The notes beneath the pieces are model-generated. The model was not told where the DNA came from and did not search any database. It saw only the letters and a list, made by a program, of their open reading frames with translations. DNA of 40,186 bases from a virus, in the IMG/VR virus record IMGVR_UViG_3300023284_002520, positions 1 through 40,186 of that record; one strand, given 5' to 3'. Below, piece after piece: positions 9,024 to 18,445 of the stretch; the stretch's first letter is position 1, and the number at the start of each line of letters is the position of its first letter. The position numbers and the translations under genes were made by a program.

Positions 9024-10699
9024 TTTGTTAAAGCCTCCAATTCTTTCATCATTTTTTCATACATGCGTCCAATGTTAAAGTCCTGTGAAGTGTTACTAGG
9101 TTGAGGTTCAAATTTTTCCGGTATTAAACCACTACGAATGTTTTGTGACATGTCATCATAAATAGGATTTGAATTTGGTGGTGTACCCATTACTTGATTA
9201 TCAAACTGCGGAGTCATCGGTATGTTTCCACCTATATCGAATGTGGGTTGAGGCATTCCAAAGTCTTGAGGCATTACATTATCTGGGTTGTATTGTTGTT
9301 CAATTTGGTCGGTCATTTCTTTTGTAAGTCCAAGTCCAGCATCATCATATAGTTTACGCATTTCAATTAGATCATTAACAGCTCCTCTATCAATTGCTGA
9401 CTCTATTAATTTAATTTGGTGCTCAATTGGTATGTCTTGTTTTTCTACTTGTCCGAAGTTTAATTCAAATTCACAAATATCCCACGGCATAGGAACATAA
9501 CCACCACCATAATAAGGATCATAAATTGGATTTGATTCATACCAAGGCTTGAATAATTTATCAATTAATTGCCTTGTAACGTGTAACGGGAATGCCGCTA
9601 AACCAATTTCACTCAACACTTTCGATGTTTCTGCATTTGCAAACTGGTGTGATGATTCCTGGCCTTGCTTGCCTCTAAAATCATTTAATGCTTTGAATAT
9701 GGGGCTTTGTGTAACTTCCGTAAATTGTGTAGGATTAAATGCACGAGCTTGTTGTCCAATTTCTATCGGTTTTACTTCAGTTCCGGTAACAATATCCTCA
9801 CCAACATCCAAATGTGCTAACTGAGCTGTTAACGCAGCTCTTTGTGGTTCATCCGCATCTATGGCGTTATAAATAATATGATTGACATATCTTTTCTCCG
9901 TTAGCATCATAGTAAAGTATGTAGATAGTTTTCTGTCAAGCATTGATGGAAGTTTTCTTGTTTCTGAACCACCAGGTACTAACCATTCAAATTCACGTGC
10001 TGATAACATGGAAATAGCAAAACCAGTACCAAATGCACTCGCATTAACGGGATTCCAAGTGAAATGAATTATATCTTCTGGATTATGATAACCTTGATAC
10101 TCTGCACCACGAAATTCATATTTGTATGGAATACGTTGTCTGTCCCACCATATACGAACAGCACTACCAATAGGTATTTGCATCAAGTCATCGAATCTTC
10201 TGATGTTTCTAATACCCATACGTGGCTTCCAAAATGAATTACCATACCATAATAATTCTTTAACTAACATTGTGTCAAATGTATCAAAATTAAGATCCTT
10301 TGAAAATTGTTCCAAATAATTTATCATAAAATCTTCCTTGCCTTTCCAGTAATGAGCACCACCAGTAATTTGTGACGACAAGCCGTTAATAGCTAGCTGT
10401 ACATCTTCATCCGTAGATAATGCAATAGCTTGAGTTTTAAAATTAACAAGTGGTTTATCGAAAGTTCTTGATGTATATCCCTCACGTGAATATGCACCAA
10501 CTGAAGAAATTTCCGGACCCCAGACTGGTTGTGAGAAAGAAGGTACTAATTCTGACATTTCCATTCTACTTGGATTATAATAACTTCTAACTTCGTGAAC
10601 ATTGAGTGACATGCCTGATCTATAGGTTGGTAACGGCTGCTCTCCCGTTTGGACAAATTTTGCTATGCCATTTCTAATTCTGCCTAATGCATTGGCCAT
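9020..10699 (-). CDS. Portal protein candidate
   Basis: 559-aa ORF upstream of the protease/scaffold/MCP set. Size and synteny fit a portal. No motif was verified. Confidence 0.6.
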   Translation of the reverse strand: MANALGRIRNGIAKFVQTGEQPLPTYRSGMSLNVHEVRSYYNPSRMEMSELVPSFSQPVWGPEISSVGAYSREGYTSRTFDKPLVNFKTQAIALSTDEDVQLAINGLSSQITGGAHYWKGKEDFMINYLEQFSKDLNFDTFDTMLVKELLWYGNSFWKPRMGIRNIRRFDDLMQIPIGSAVRIWWDRQRIPYKYEFRGAEYQGYHNPEDIIHFTWNPVNASAFGTGFAISMLSAREFEWLVPGGSETRKLPSMLDRKLSTYFTMMLTEKRYVNHIIYNAIDADEPQRAALTAQLAHLDVGEDIVTGTEVKPIEIGQQARAFNPTQFTEVTQSPIFKALNDFRGKQGQESSHQFANAETSKVLSEIGLAAFPLHVTRQLIDKLFKPWYESNPIYDPYYGGGYVPMPWDICEFELNFGQVEKQDIPIEHQIKLIESAIDRGAVNDLIEMRKLYDDAGLGLTKEMTDQIEQQYNPDNVMPQDFGMPQPTFDIGGNIPMTPQFDNQVMGTPPNSNPIYDDMSQNIRSGLIPEKFEPQPSNTSQDFNIGRMYEKMMKELEALTK

Positions 10700-10743
10700 A
10701 GCTATAATTCGATTTATGAGTTAAATGTGTTTTTCTCGGCTTT

Positions 10744-11250
10744 TTATAATGATCCCGTCTTAGTAATCGATATTTTAGCAGATGGTATATCTGTACCAAC
10801 CAACGGACTAAATGCCATTAATTCTAAATTAGTGTTATCTACTATATTTTGGAATCTTATTTTATTATTTCTATCTAACTTTACTTCCATTTGAAATGTT
10901 ACTGTTCTGGATACGTTTGCAGATGTTCCAACACCAGTAGCAACACTTTGGGTGCTAGAATTCGGTATATCTACAAACCCAGATCCTATGTCTTTTTGTA
11001 ACCATAAACAGTATGTCATTTCTCCGTTGGCAGTTTTCACTATCTGGACAGTACATAATATCAGATAACTTCCAGTATCTATGACCTGAAATTCTCCATT
11101 TCCCAACGAATTAATTTTTTCGTTTTCTAATAATGTATCAAAATCTATAATCTGAGCAGTATCAGCTAACGCAAATGATTGATTTTCTGAATCAATTGCT
11201 GAAAGATAAACTGATCTTACTACAAATCCCTGAGCCGGAAATCTTGCCAT
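10744..11250 (-). CDS. C1q/TNF-like jelly-roll protein candidate
   Basis: 168 aa, all-beta pattern (IIDFDTLLEN...GEFQVIDTGSYLILCTVQI...KLDRNNKIRFQ) reminiscent of C1q/BclA-CTD domains. Confidence 0.3.
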   Translation of the reverse strand: MARFPAQGFVVRSVYLSAIDSENQSFALADTAQIIDFDTLLENEKINSLGNGEFQVIDTGSYLILCTVQIVKTANGEMTYCLWLQKDIGSGFVDIPNSSTQSVATGVGTSANVSRTVTFQMEVKLDRNNKIRFQNIVDNTNLELMAFSPLVGTDIPSAKISITKTGSL

Positions 11251-11254
11251 TTAA

Positions 11255-11590
11255 TCACGCATCCACGTCTTCAATAATGGCACCAAAAATAACATTCGCC
11301 CCACCAGCAGTAGGAGTTCTAAAATTAATTAGATCACCGTTTACTGTAAAAACATCAAATTGAAATAATTGATTTGCTCCTATCGCAACGCCTGAATTTA
11401 GAGCCGCCCAATTTGAACCGCTATCAAACGTAACTTCTATGACTACAGTGGCATCAAGTGAAAACTGACAAATTAGATCAGCACACTTTCCAGGTGGAAT
11501 ATCAATCGGTATAAAATCATTGGCTGACCACTCAGTATTTTGAGGTTTTAAACCGCTTATTTCTAATCTGTCAAATAAATTACTACCCAT
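11255..11590 (-). CDS. Hypothetical beta-rich protein
   Basis: 111-aa ORF in the co-directional fibre/lectin cluster. Confidence 0.5.
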   Translation of the reverse strand: MGSNLFDRLEISGLKPQNTEWSANDFIPIDIPPGKCADLICQFSLDATVVIEVTFDSGSNWAALNSGVAIGANQLFQFDVFTVNGDLINFRTPTAGGANVIFGAIIEDVDA

Positions 11591-11624
11591 AATGATAGTT
11601 GGATAGTTTAATAGTTAAGTGTTT

Positions 11625-11765
11625 CTATCCGGTTCTTGGACCAGAATCAAGTGAACGTCTGTCTAATGTTCTTCCACTTGCAGCCGCATCGGCCACGGTA
11701 GTATCCAATGAAAAGCTTGTACTTGTAAAACTAGCTGCCGTAAAAGATCCTTCTAAATGTCCCAT
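11625..11765 (-). CDS. Possible small Ser/Thr/Ala-rich protein (46 aa)
   Basis: Manually found ATG ORF that fills the 211-nt gap after the LamG gene. It is separated from that gene by TGA TAA TGA. Confidence 0.25.
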   Translation of the reverse strand: MGHLEGSFTAASFTSTSFSLDTTVADAAASGRTLDRRSLDSGPRTG

Positions 11766-11801
11766 TAATAAATCACCATTATTGGAACTGATACCTCATT
11801 A

Positions 11802-12932
11802 TCATGTTGGCACCGCATTATCAGGCGTTGCCCCTGATCCTCCATTGAAAAGTCCACCTCGTTCTGATGTTGTGAGTACACGACCCCATATACTGGGATC
11901 GTCTAGAGTATAAGACAGCCCACTTGACTCATCAGCATTAGCCGCCAAATTTAGACCACTTGTATGATCAAAATTATCACTATGGCTTGTTTCATCTACT
12001 GTACCCTCGCTGACATTATCAATAAACACTTCTAAATTATCTGTAGTTGCATCATCCTTTCGGGTATATGTCATCATCCTAAAGTTGGTATCATCAGTCC
12101 AATCTCCCATAATACCACCAGATTTTGCTACACCATTCTGGCGTATTTCAACAGCCATTTGACGAAGTGTTCCACTCTCAGGCATTGATATATTTATACC
12201 AGTGTCGCCTGCTCCTGTAAAAGAACTAAATATAAATCCGTTACCTTGATTAATATCTCCACTTTTGAACCAAAAATTAATTGTAGAAAGTAGTGCAGAG
12301 CCCGTTAAAAATTTAAATTGTGTTACAGATGTTCCAAGACTCCAACCTTCTGTTGTCCTTACCGCTTTAATCGCATTTCCTATTTTACCCGTTTGAGAAT
12401 ATTCAGGAGTACCAAATTCAACTCCATCAGCAGCAGTTCCAAGACTATCAGTAGAACCGATGGCAGTAGCTTGATTAACTATAGGAGTACCAGTATCCTC
12501 ACAATCATAATATGCTTTAAGATCAGCAAGAGACATGGTTGGGACAGGGGGGGGAATCGCTCCAACAAACGCAGGATCAAATAAGCTTAATCCACCGTGT
12601 AGTATGTGTGACCTGTAATCTTTTTTGACCCAGTTATTTATTTGCCTTAGTATTCCATATCTAGTAGCTACTTGATTTTTCTTAAAGGCATCCACAGAAT
12701 TAGATACGACAAAATTTCCACGAGATTTTGAAAATATTTTAGCAATCCTTTGATTAATTCCTTCAAAAATTTGTTTTTCTGTCATATAGCTCATTATAGT
12801 TTCATAATGAGTTTTTCTAGGAAGTTCTATGATGTCTTTTTGTTTAGTACAATTTTCGTTGATTATTTGATTTCTAATATTATACCAGACAGATAGTGGC
12901 GGTTTTACCCTCTGAATTAATTTCTGTTTCAT
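11802..12932 (-). CDS. LamG/concanavalin-A-like lectin domain protein
   Basis: The C-terminal ~230 aa match the Laminin_G_3 pattern, ending LDDPSIWGRVLTTSERGGLF (compare iDevriwnraLs..Ei). TAATG overlap with the upstream gene. Confidence 0.55.
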   Translation of the reverse strand: MKQKLIQRVKPPLSVWYNIRNQIINENCTKQKDIIELPRKTHYETIMSYMTEKQIFEGINQRIAKIFSKSRGNFVVSNSVDAFKKNQVATRYGILRQINNWVKKDYRSHILHGGLSLFDPAFVGAIPPPVPTMSLADLKAYYDCEDTGTPIVNQATAIGSTDSLGTAADGVEFGTPEYSQTGKIGNAIKAVRTTEGWSLGTSVTQFKFLTGSALLSTINFWFKSGDINQGNGFIFSSFTGAGDTGINISMPESGTLRQMAVEIRQNGVAKSGGIMGDWTDDTNFRMMTYTRKDDATTDNLEVFIDNVSEGTVDETSHSDNFDHTSGLNLAANADESSGLSYTLDDPSIWGRVLTTSERGGLFNGGSGATPDNAVPT

Positions 12933-14590
12933 TATGCCTGAACTGCATAGGCAACTCTTATTCCTGCTTCTGCTGCTGTAGTAGACGTTAATGTTAACGT
13001 ACCAACCTTGCTTGCTGCCTGGTCAGCGGGTTTTGCACCCTGGAATATCCAACCTGCCGGAAATGTCAATGTTCTAAGAGTTCCATCGGTTGTGATAAAA
13101 ACTGTTTTAGATTTACCGATTGCATAATTTACACCCGTAAAAGTTGTATTCGCTGCTATGGAGATGGTTTGTTGTTGATCCTCATTAAAGTCAATATCCG
13201 TACCACTCACAGATTGATCAAGAATTAGGTTTTGAGTATTATCTAAATCATTACCAGCTAGATCAACATTTGCACCGGACATTGTAAGCACTGCAGAAAG
13301 TGTTAATGCACCTGAAACTGTCTGTGCTAATCCCAAAGTCATTAAGGTGTCAGTCGCAGTGGTTAGTGGCAAATTCAATATTCTTGCCGCAGCTATTGCT
13401 GCTGCCGTAATAGTATAACTGAATGTGGCCGCTGGGTTTTGAATTAATAATTTATCATCCTGGTAAGTCTTAGCACCTGTTATGGTTTGTGCAACGCTTA
13501 GATGTTGAGTATCTGCATCTAAAAATGCACTTGCTACTGCCGTACCTTGCCATACACCGGTAGTTATAGTTCCAAGTGTTGTAAGAAGTCCACCACCTGC
13601 AGCGTTTGAATGATCATGAGTTGCATTTACAAAACTAGCAATAGTTGGTGTTACAATAGTTGGTGACGTACCAAATACTAATAATCCTGTTCCGGTTTCA
13701 TTTGAAATAACACCAAGTAATTGTGCGGAAGTGGTAGCTGCAAATTGTGATAATGGGTTTGTTGTTAACGCATCACCTACTCCGGCTGCTACTAATTCAA
13801 ATTCATCATTGGTTGCATTATAAGATACAACAAAACCATCAGACGGAGTGCCAAATTGTGCAATAGGCATTGCGACAACACCAACTTCTTCACCATCAAA
13901 ATATTTCATTATTCCATGTGAAAAGTCCGTTACTGTTGTATCTATTGCAAAGTCTCCATCAACTGCCATTGTCGGAGTTGCAGATAATGGAATTCGCATT
14001 GTTCCCGCTGTAATTCGAATTGCTCCTGTAACTACATTAGTTGAAGCAAATGTCATAAAACTATCACCAGTTAATGATGTGTTATATTGTGCAACAGAAG
14101 ATGCAGCTAATGCACTAATATTATCAGCGTTAAGAACGAATGTACCATCAGAGTTTGCAGCGTCAAATTGAGCACTAGTTGATGTGGCCATATTTGAAAT
14201 ATTATTAGAAATATAGAAAAATGTGTCATCGGTTACAGCAGTATTAAATTCTGCTGCCGTGCCAGATATTGTATTGCTGCCAAGTGCCAGAGTTTTATTC
14301 GTTATAGTGGCCGCAAAAGCTTCGAATACAAAAATGTCATTGCCAGTAAGAAGTGGAATAGTAATATCACGGTTAGCTACAATTGCACTTGTTCTAACTA
14401 AGTAATGAAATGTATTAGCAGGATTACGAAATTGAAACTTATTATCTCTTATACGAAACTGAGAATTAACATCACCGGATAAAACATCAAGAGCCGCAGA
14501 GAAATATTTGTCAAAATTATCCCAGTCATCACCGCCAACATGATCAACGTCACCAGCATCTGCATTTACTACTTGTTTAATGAAAACCAA
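12932..14590 (-). CDS. Fibre-like structural protein
   Basis: 552 aa, Thr/Ala/Ser/Asn-rich. Two copies of the module NPAxTFxY...AIxAxR...PL.T..D (aa ~56-100 and ~385-430). TTG start with SD GAGGGTG. Confidence 0.5.
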   Translation of the reverse strand: MVFIKQVVNADAGDVDHVGGDDWDNFDKYFSAALDVLSGDVNSQFRIRDNKFQFRNPANTFHYLVRTSAIVANRDITIPLLTGNDIFVFEAFAATITNKTLALGSNTISGTAAEFNTAVTDDTFFYISNNISNMATSTSAQFDAANSDGTFVLNADNISALAASSVAQYNTSLTGDSFMTFASTNVVTGAIRITAGTMRIPLSATPTMAVDGDFAIDTTVTDFSHGIMKYFDGEEVGVVAMPIAQFGTPSDGFVVSYNATNDEFELVAAGVGDALTTNPLSQFAATTSAQLLGVISNETGTGLLVFGTSPTIVTPTIASFVNATHDHSNAAGGGLLTTLGTITTGVWQGTAVASAFLDADTQHLSVAQTITGAKTYQDDKLLIQNPAATFSYTITAAAIAAARILNLPLTTATDTLMTLGLAQTVSGALTLSAVLTMSGANVDLAGNDLDNTQNLILDQSVSGTDIDFNEDQQQTISIAANTTFTGVNYAIGKSKTVFITTDGTLRTLTFPAGWIFQGAKPADQAASKVGTLTLTSTTAAEAGIRVAYAVQA

Positions 14591-14803
14591 CTAAGCACCC
14601 TCCGGCATTACATACAATCCTTCGAATCTTTTCAATCTGTCTTTTAGATATTCCCCTGCAATAATTTCCTCTTTATCAAATGTGAAAGTTGCTTGTACTC
14701 CCTTATCCATTATATTGATTGACTTTACAATTATATTGAAAGTGCGTCTTCTTTTTGTATCCGTAGCCTTTCCAGTTTTAGCTAGTATCTCGTTCATATG
14801 CAT
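14591..14803 (-). CDS. Hypothetical protein
   Basis: 70-aa ORF in the co-directional operon. Confidence 0.45.
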   Translation of the reverse strand: MHMNEILAKTGKATDTKRRRTFNIIVKSINIMDKGVQATFTFDKEEIIAGEYLKDRLKRFEGLYVMPEGA

Positions 14804-14839
14804 AGTTATACTCTCACGAAAATGTACAAAAGTGTTTTG

Positions 14840-15271
14840 CTAGTATCCATGGGATCTAGCCCAAATTTTAATGATTGGTGTGCCTGCAGAAGCTTTAGCT
14901 GTTATACGAACCCACGCCCATTGAACAGTAAAGGATTCATACCAGACTCCCAAAGCTGGTAAAACAAATGATTTTGTATCATCATAATTAGCTGGTGTAA
15001 CTGTACTAGCCACATTTAAAATATTAAACCAAGAATCGTCTGCATCTGCGGGTGGAGTGATCAAACCATTAGCAGAACCAAAAATTTTAATAGTAATTGT
15101 ATTAACAGCATCAGTATTATAGAGATTAAACAACGTGTCACGAATTCTTCTGGCATCTGATGTAAATATTGTACTTTCAACGGTTGAAGTAGTAACACCA
15201 TTATTATCACGCTCAAACTGGTCTAGTGTCTCGACTCCTGGAAATTTCTGGAAATCAGTTAAAAATACCAT
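14840..15271 (-). CDS. Hypothetical beta-rich structural protein
   Basis: 143-aa ORF with ATG start. Confidence 0.5.
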   Translation of the reverse strand: MVFLTDFQKFPGVETLDQFERDNNGVTTSTVESTIFTSDARRIRDTLFNLYNTDAVNTITIKIFGSANGLITPPADADDSWFNILNVASTVTPANYDDTKSFVLPALGVWYESFTVQWAWVRITAKASAGTPIIKIWARSHGY

Positions 15272-15279
15272 AATTTAGT

Positions 15280-15492
15280 TTAATTATTAATTATAATAGA
15301 GTTTTCTTCGAATCTTCCGAATTGCTTGAATTTGATGGTTTTTGGATATTTATAGCCAACGCCATGATATTTTTGTTTAATGTAATCTTTCGGATGCAGT
15401 TTGTTGGCACATTGATAACATAATTGATGTTTTTGAAAATTCTTTGCAGATGGATTCTTAACTGTCTTTAGACAATTTCTACACCGAGCCAT
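15280..15492 (-). CDS. Zinc-ribbon protein
   Basis: 70 aa with CRNC...CYQC (two CxxC pairs). Confidence 0.5.
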   Translation of the reverse strand: MARCRNCLKTVKNPSAKNFQKHQLCYQCANKLHPKDYIKQKYHGVGYKYPKTIKFKQFGRFEENSIIINN

Positions 15493-15533
15493 CTATACTC
15501 TTATTAGTTAGAACATGATAAAATGTATCGTTT

Positions 15534-15665
15534 TTATTTTTGTTGACAAATCGATTCAATATCTTGAATATTATTCTCTTCACAGATTATTGCAATTTCT
15601 TTTTTTAATATTTCTCTATTCATAATTAACAAAACTCCCTCGGAAGTAAAAGTATCATTATTCAT
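15534..15665 (-). CDS. Possible small protein (43 aa, MNNDTFTSEGVLLIMNREILKK...)
   Basis: Manual call. TAATG overlap with the upstream micro-ORF. Confidence 0.3.
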   Translation of the reverse strand: MNNDTFTSEGVLLIMNREILKKEIAIICEENNIQDIESICQQK

Positions 15666-15751
15666 TAATTATTACCCAATAATCTAAATTGTTTTTGTGT
15701 GATTTTACAATCATAAAACAATGGAGTACCTTTAGCTAATTTAAATTTCAT
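15665..15751 (-). CDS. Possible small protein (28 aa, MKFKLAKGTPLFYDCKITQKQFRLLGNN)
   Basis: Manual call. The ATG lies 2 nt after the terminase TAA. Confidence 0.25.
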   Translation of the reverse strand: MKFKLAKGTPLFYDCKITQKQFRLLGNN

Positions 15752-15753
15752 TA

Positions 15754-17604
15754 TTATTTCCTTATTCTTCCTATTTTATAAGCTGATGGGTCATAGGTCT
15801 GATCAGCTACCAGGTTGTAAATAATTGACATTACAGAGTCCGGTGGATGATTAAATTCTTTTTTCGCCTTCTGACGAGGATCATCTTCATCATCTTTCTT
15901 TTTAGGATCTAAATCCTTGCGGGTTAGATTACAAAGTTCATTGAGCAGCCAATCAGTCTCATACTCTCTATCTTTGCCCATTGGAATAATAAATTTAGTT
16001 AACTTCTTGAAAGGATCAGACTCGGCAGGTGTACTCCATGCAATAAAGTCTACAAAGTTTTGTAGTGTAGTTGTTTTATCAATTCGGAGATGAGCTTTAA
16101 CGGGACCTTTTTCATCTACCTCGGTTTTGTATTGTAGCTCTGGTTTAGTGGGATCACCATATGTCTGGCATGCCTTGAATTTACTTTTACCAATTCCCGT
16201 AATATGATCACCTTTAGTATCGTAACCACCATCTTGAATTAATGGTATTTGTGTTTGGCCGTATCCAATATCTCCAACACCTAAATCAACATTGTATTGA
16301 TTCTTACCAAACATATCGGCAATGTAATGAGCTTGCATAGCTTGATCTCCTGGATGGATGTCTGAAACTTTTCTTATCGCTGCTAATTGATAACGTCCAG
16401 TCTTTTGCCATTTAATAATTATACTCGCAATTGTTTCAGAAGCTTTTGGATGACTGCCGAAATCAACACCACCAAGAACTCTAATCGCTTGTTGATGTTT
16501 TGATTTTAATTTTTGCACTTCTATCGGAGATAATAGATATAGTTTGTAATCATAACAAGCTTTAACCATTTCCGGTGTAATTGGTCTTCTTTCCGCTCTG
16601 TAAAATCTAGCGAGTGTGTGAGATAAATAGATATTACGAGGATAATGTAACTTTTGATATTCTACCGATAGTTCCGGATGGGTATTATATTTTGTTATCG
16701 CATCATGGATGGTTAATGGAATGTGTGGAAATTGTTCTTGAGATAGATGATAGCCTCGATAGTTTTTATTTTCTGGTGCTTGTGCAATCCAATGGCCTTT
16801 TAGAATTGTGTCAAGCTCTTCCGGTGTGTTTAGAATGTCACCATTTGTTGCATGTCGTAGCTTGTTACGCCATCCTTGTTCTGGCCAAACTCTTTTTGTT
16901 GACGGGTCTGTATAATCCGTTTTATCATCATATTCCCACTCACGCTGATCAGTCTTTTGCCATTGTCTTTCATATTCTGAACCAGCTTCACCACCGATTC
17001 CAAACGACCAGCAATCTCCATGTGTTTTAGATAAAGTGTACATCGCAATAGTTTTGTATTGTTGATCCTGAGCTTGATCCTCATCAAAAATCATTACACG
17101 ATTTGCCTTTCCCTCAAAATAATGGTATTTGTTTTCGTCAGTTCCTAAGTAGATAAATGTACCGTTGAGCAACCTAACTCTTCTGATTGCAGCTCTACCG
17201 AAAGGTAAGTATTGTCGCAACAAAGGGTTTGCAAGAAACGTGTCATATCGAAGTCTTTGCTCACTGAAGGTAGAACGGTGTTCCTCGTCATCAGCACAGT
17301 AAGAGACTTCGGAGCCTGGATAACTAATCGCATACTTTGCCAACAAGTTTGCACAGTTAGTCGTTTTAAAGGTTTGTCTAGCTAATAGGCCACGAATGTT
17401 TGGATGATTGTCTAAAAGAATATCAATCCACATTGGAGCTAAATTAAAGGTTTGAGGAATGGCACCGATGGATGGCCTATATGTTGCAATGAATTCTAAT
17501 GAGTTTGTGGGACCTATTGGTAGTTTAGTTACGGTTAACTCTGGAAATCCAAATGAATCATCATCACGATCTAAACTATCCATATCGTTTACATCTCTGT
17601 TCAA
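15754..17604 (-). CDS. terL: Terminase large subunit (T4 gp17-like class)
   Basis: 616 aa. Walker A-like ARQTFKTT (compare gp17 SRQLGKTT), Walker B MIFDED, nuclease-region GGVDFGS. TTG start with SD AAGGAT. Confidence 0.8.
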   Translation of the reverse strand: MNRDVNDMDSLDRDDDSFGFPELTVTKLPIGPTNSLEFIATYRPSIGAIPQTFNLAPMWIDILLDNHPNIRGLLARQTFKTTNCANLLAKYAISYPGSEVSYCADDEEHRSTFSEQRLRYDTFLANPLLRQYLPFGRAAIRRVRLLNGTFIYLGTDENKYHYFEGKANRVMIFDEDQAQDQQYKTIAMYTLSKTHGDCWSFGIGGEAGSEYERQWQKTDQREWEYDDKTDYTDPSTKRVWPEQGWRNKLRHATNGDILNTPEELDTILKGHWIAQAPENKNYRGYHLSQEQFPHIPLTIHDAITKYNTHPELSVEYQKLHYPRNIYLSHTLARFYRAERRPITPEMVKACYDYKLYLLSPIEVQKLKSKHQQAIRVLGGVDFGSHPKASETIASIIIKWQKTGRYQLAAIRKVSDIHPGDQAMQAHYIADMFGKNQYNVDLGVGDIGYGQTQIPLIQDGGYDTKGDHITGIGKSKFKACQTYGDPTKPELQYKTEVDEKGPVKAHLRIDKTTTLQNFVDFIAWSTPAESDPFKKLTKFIIPMGKDREYETDWLLNELCNLTRKDLDPKKKDDEDDPRQKAKKEFNHPPDSVMSIIYNLVADQTYDPSAYKIGRIRK

Positions 17605-17607
17605 CTG

Positions 17608-17685
17608 TCATCCTTGCCAACCTCTCGCTCTTTTATAACATTCGTCTGAACAGAACAAGTGTCTACCACTTGGAAATCCACACAT
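17608..17685 (-). CDS. 25-aa FCS-type zinc microprotein (MCGFPSGRHLFCSDECYKRARGWQG)
   Basis: Manual call. Its TGA lies 3 nt upstream of the terL start. C...FCSxxC motif. Confidence 0.35.
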   Translation of the reverse strand: MCGFPSGRHLFCSDECYKRARGWQG

Positions 17686-17775
17686 AAGACATTCTCTGTT
17701 AAGTGTCAACGTGTATCACCAAATAATCAAGCCCATAGCCAGCAGTATATTCTAGTTTACAGTCTTTACTAACTG

Positions 17776-18255
17776 TCATTTCGCTTTCTGTCGTAGTTCT
17801 TCAGATTTTTTCTCTTCATTTTTCTTCAAACTAGCTAGATTCTTTTGTGCAACAATAACGGAATTCATATGTTTAATACTGGATAACATCATTGGTATTA
17901 ATTTTGCCCTCTTAAAAAGTGCATCATTACTAGATTTAAAATCATTATTTCTCATCGCAAGAATAGCATTGCGAGCCAAGTCATGTCTGATTGATCTTAT
18001 CTCTTCATTGGCCTTTAGAAATGTTGCAACCAAATCAGTGTTGGCCAGAGATTCCGCTCTCTCCATCGCATGATCATCTATCCAATTAGACAAACGATAA
18101 AACTGTGATTTTGATAATTCATAATCCTGGGAACCTAGATACGCAATTGACTCGGTCCAGGTTAGATCCGCTCTCCGGCACAATAAAATACAGAGTTCTC
18201 TATCGTACCACTCTGGTGAACTTTTTAGAATTAAATTTTTCCTATCCTGTGCCAT
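17776..18255 (-). CDS. Terminase small subunit candidate
   Basis: 159 aa, first gene after a 190-nt intergenic region and upstream of terL. N-terminal HTH-like region and C-terminal coiled coil. Assigned by position only. Confidence 0.35.
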   Translation of the reverse strand: MAQDRKNLILKSSPEWYDRELCILLCRRADLTWTESIAYLGSQDYELSKSQFYRLSNWIDDHAMERAESLANTDLVATFLKANEEIRSIRHDLARNAILAMRNNDFKSSNDALFKRAKLIPMMLSSIKHMNSVIVAQKNLASLKKNEEKKSEELRQKAK

Positions 18256-18445
18256 AAATCGAACCTAATACAGATGTATTATTCCCCTCATTGTATTAGA
18301 ATTAAGCTAAAATAGAGTATAAAAACAAGTGTGTTGATAAAATTAACTAAATATGGGGCCTAGGTGTGGAAATGAACAATTTTACTATGTCATGTGTGAT
18401 CTACCTAGGCAAAGCATTAAAGATCAAGAATAGATAGTAATTATG
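18256..18445. promoter_or_regulatory. 190-nt intergenic region upstream of the packaging/structural genes, with two 8-bp-stem inverted repeats
   Basis: CTAATACA/TGTATTAG (18265..18299) and GCCTAGGT/ACCTAGGC (18358..18410). This is the only sizeable gap in the 28.6-kb minus-strand unit. Confidence 0.3.

Noticed and set aside
11802-11810. The small ORF 11625..11765 is in frame with the LamG gene, which suggested read-through extension.
   Set aside because: The LamG frame ends in three consecutive stops (TGA TAA TGA), so read-through is implausible.
12932-15271. Three consecutive ORFs (15271..14840, 14803..14591 and 14590..12932) lie in one frame, separated only by TAG codons and a stop-free 36-nt spacer. 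MCP-TAG-3974 and 39187..38537-TAG-38536 are also contiguous in frame. This suggested TAG (amber) recoding.
   Set aside because: No long gene (TerL, portal, MCP, or the 902-aa and 871-aa proteins) contains an internal TAG. Each downstream ORF has its own SD (GAGGGTG, TAGGTGAT, GGAGGT) and start codon. No suppressor tRNA gene is present. About four of seven TAG junctions being in frame is not far from chance. Standard code with translational coupling explains the data.
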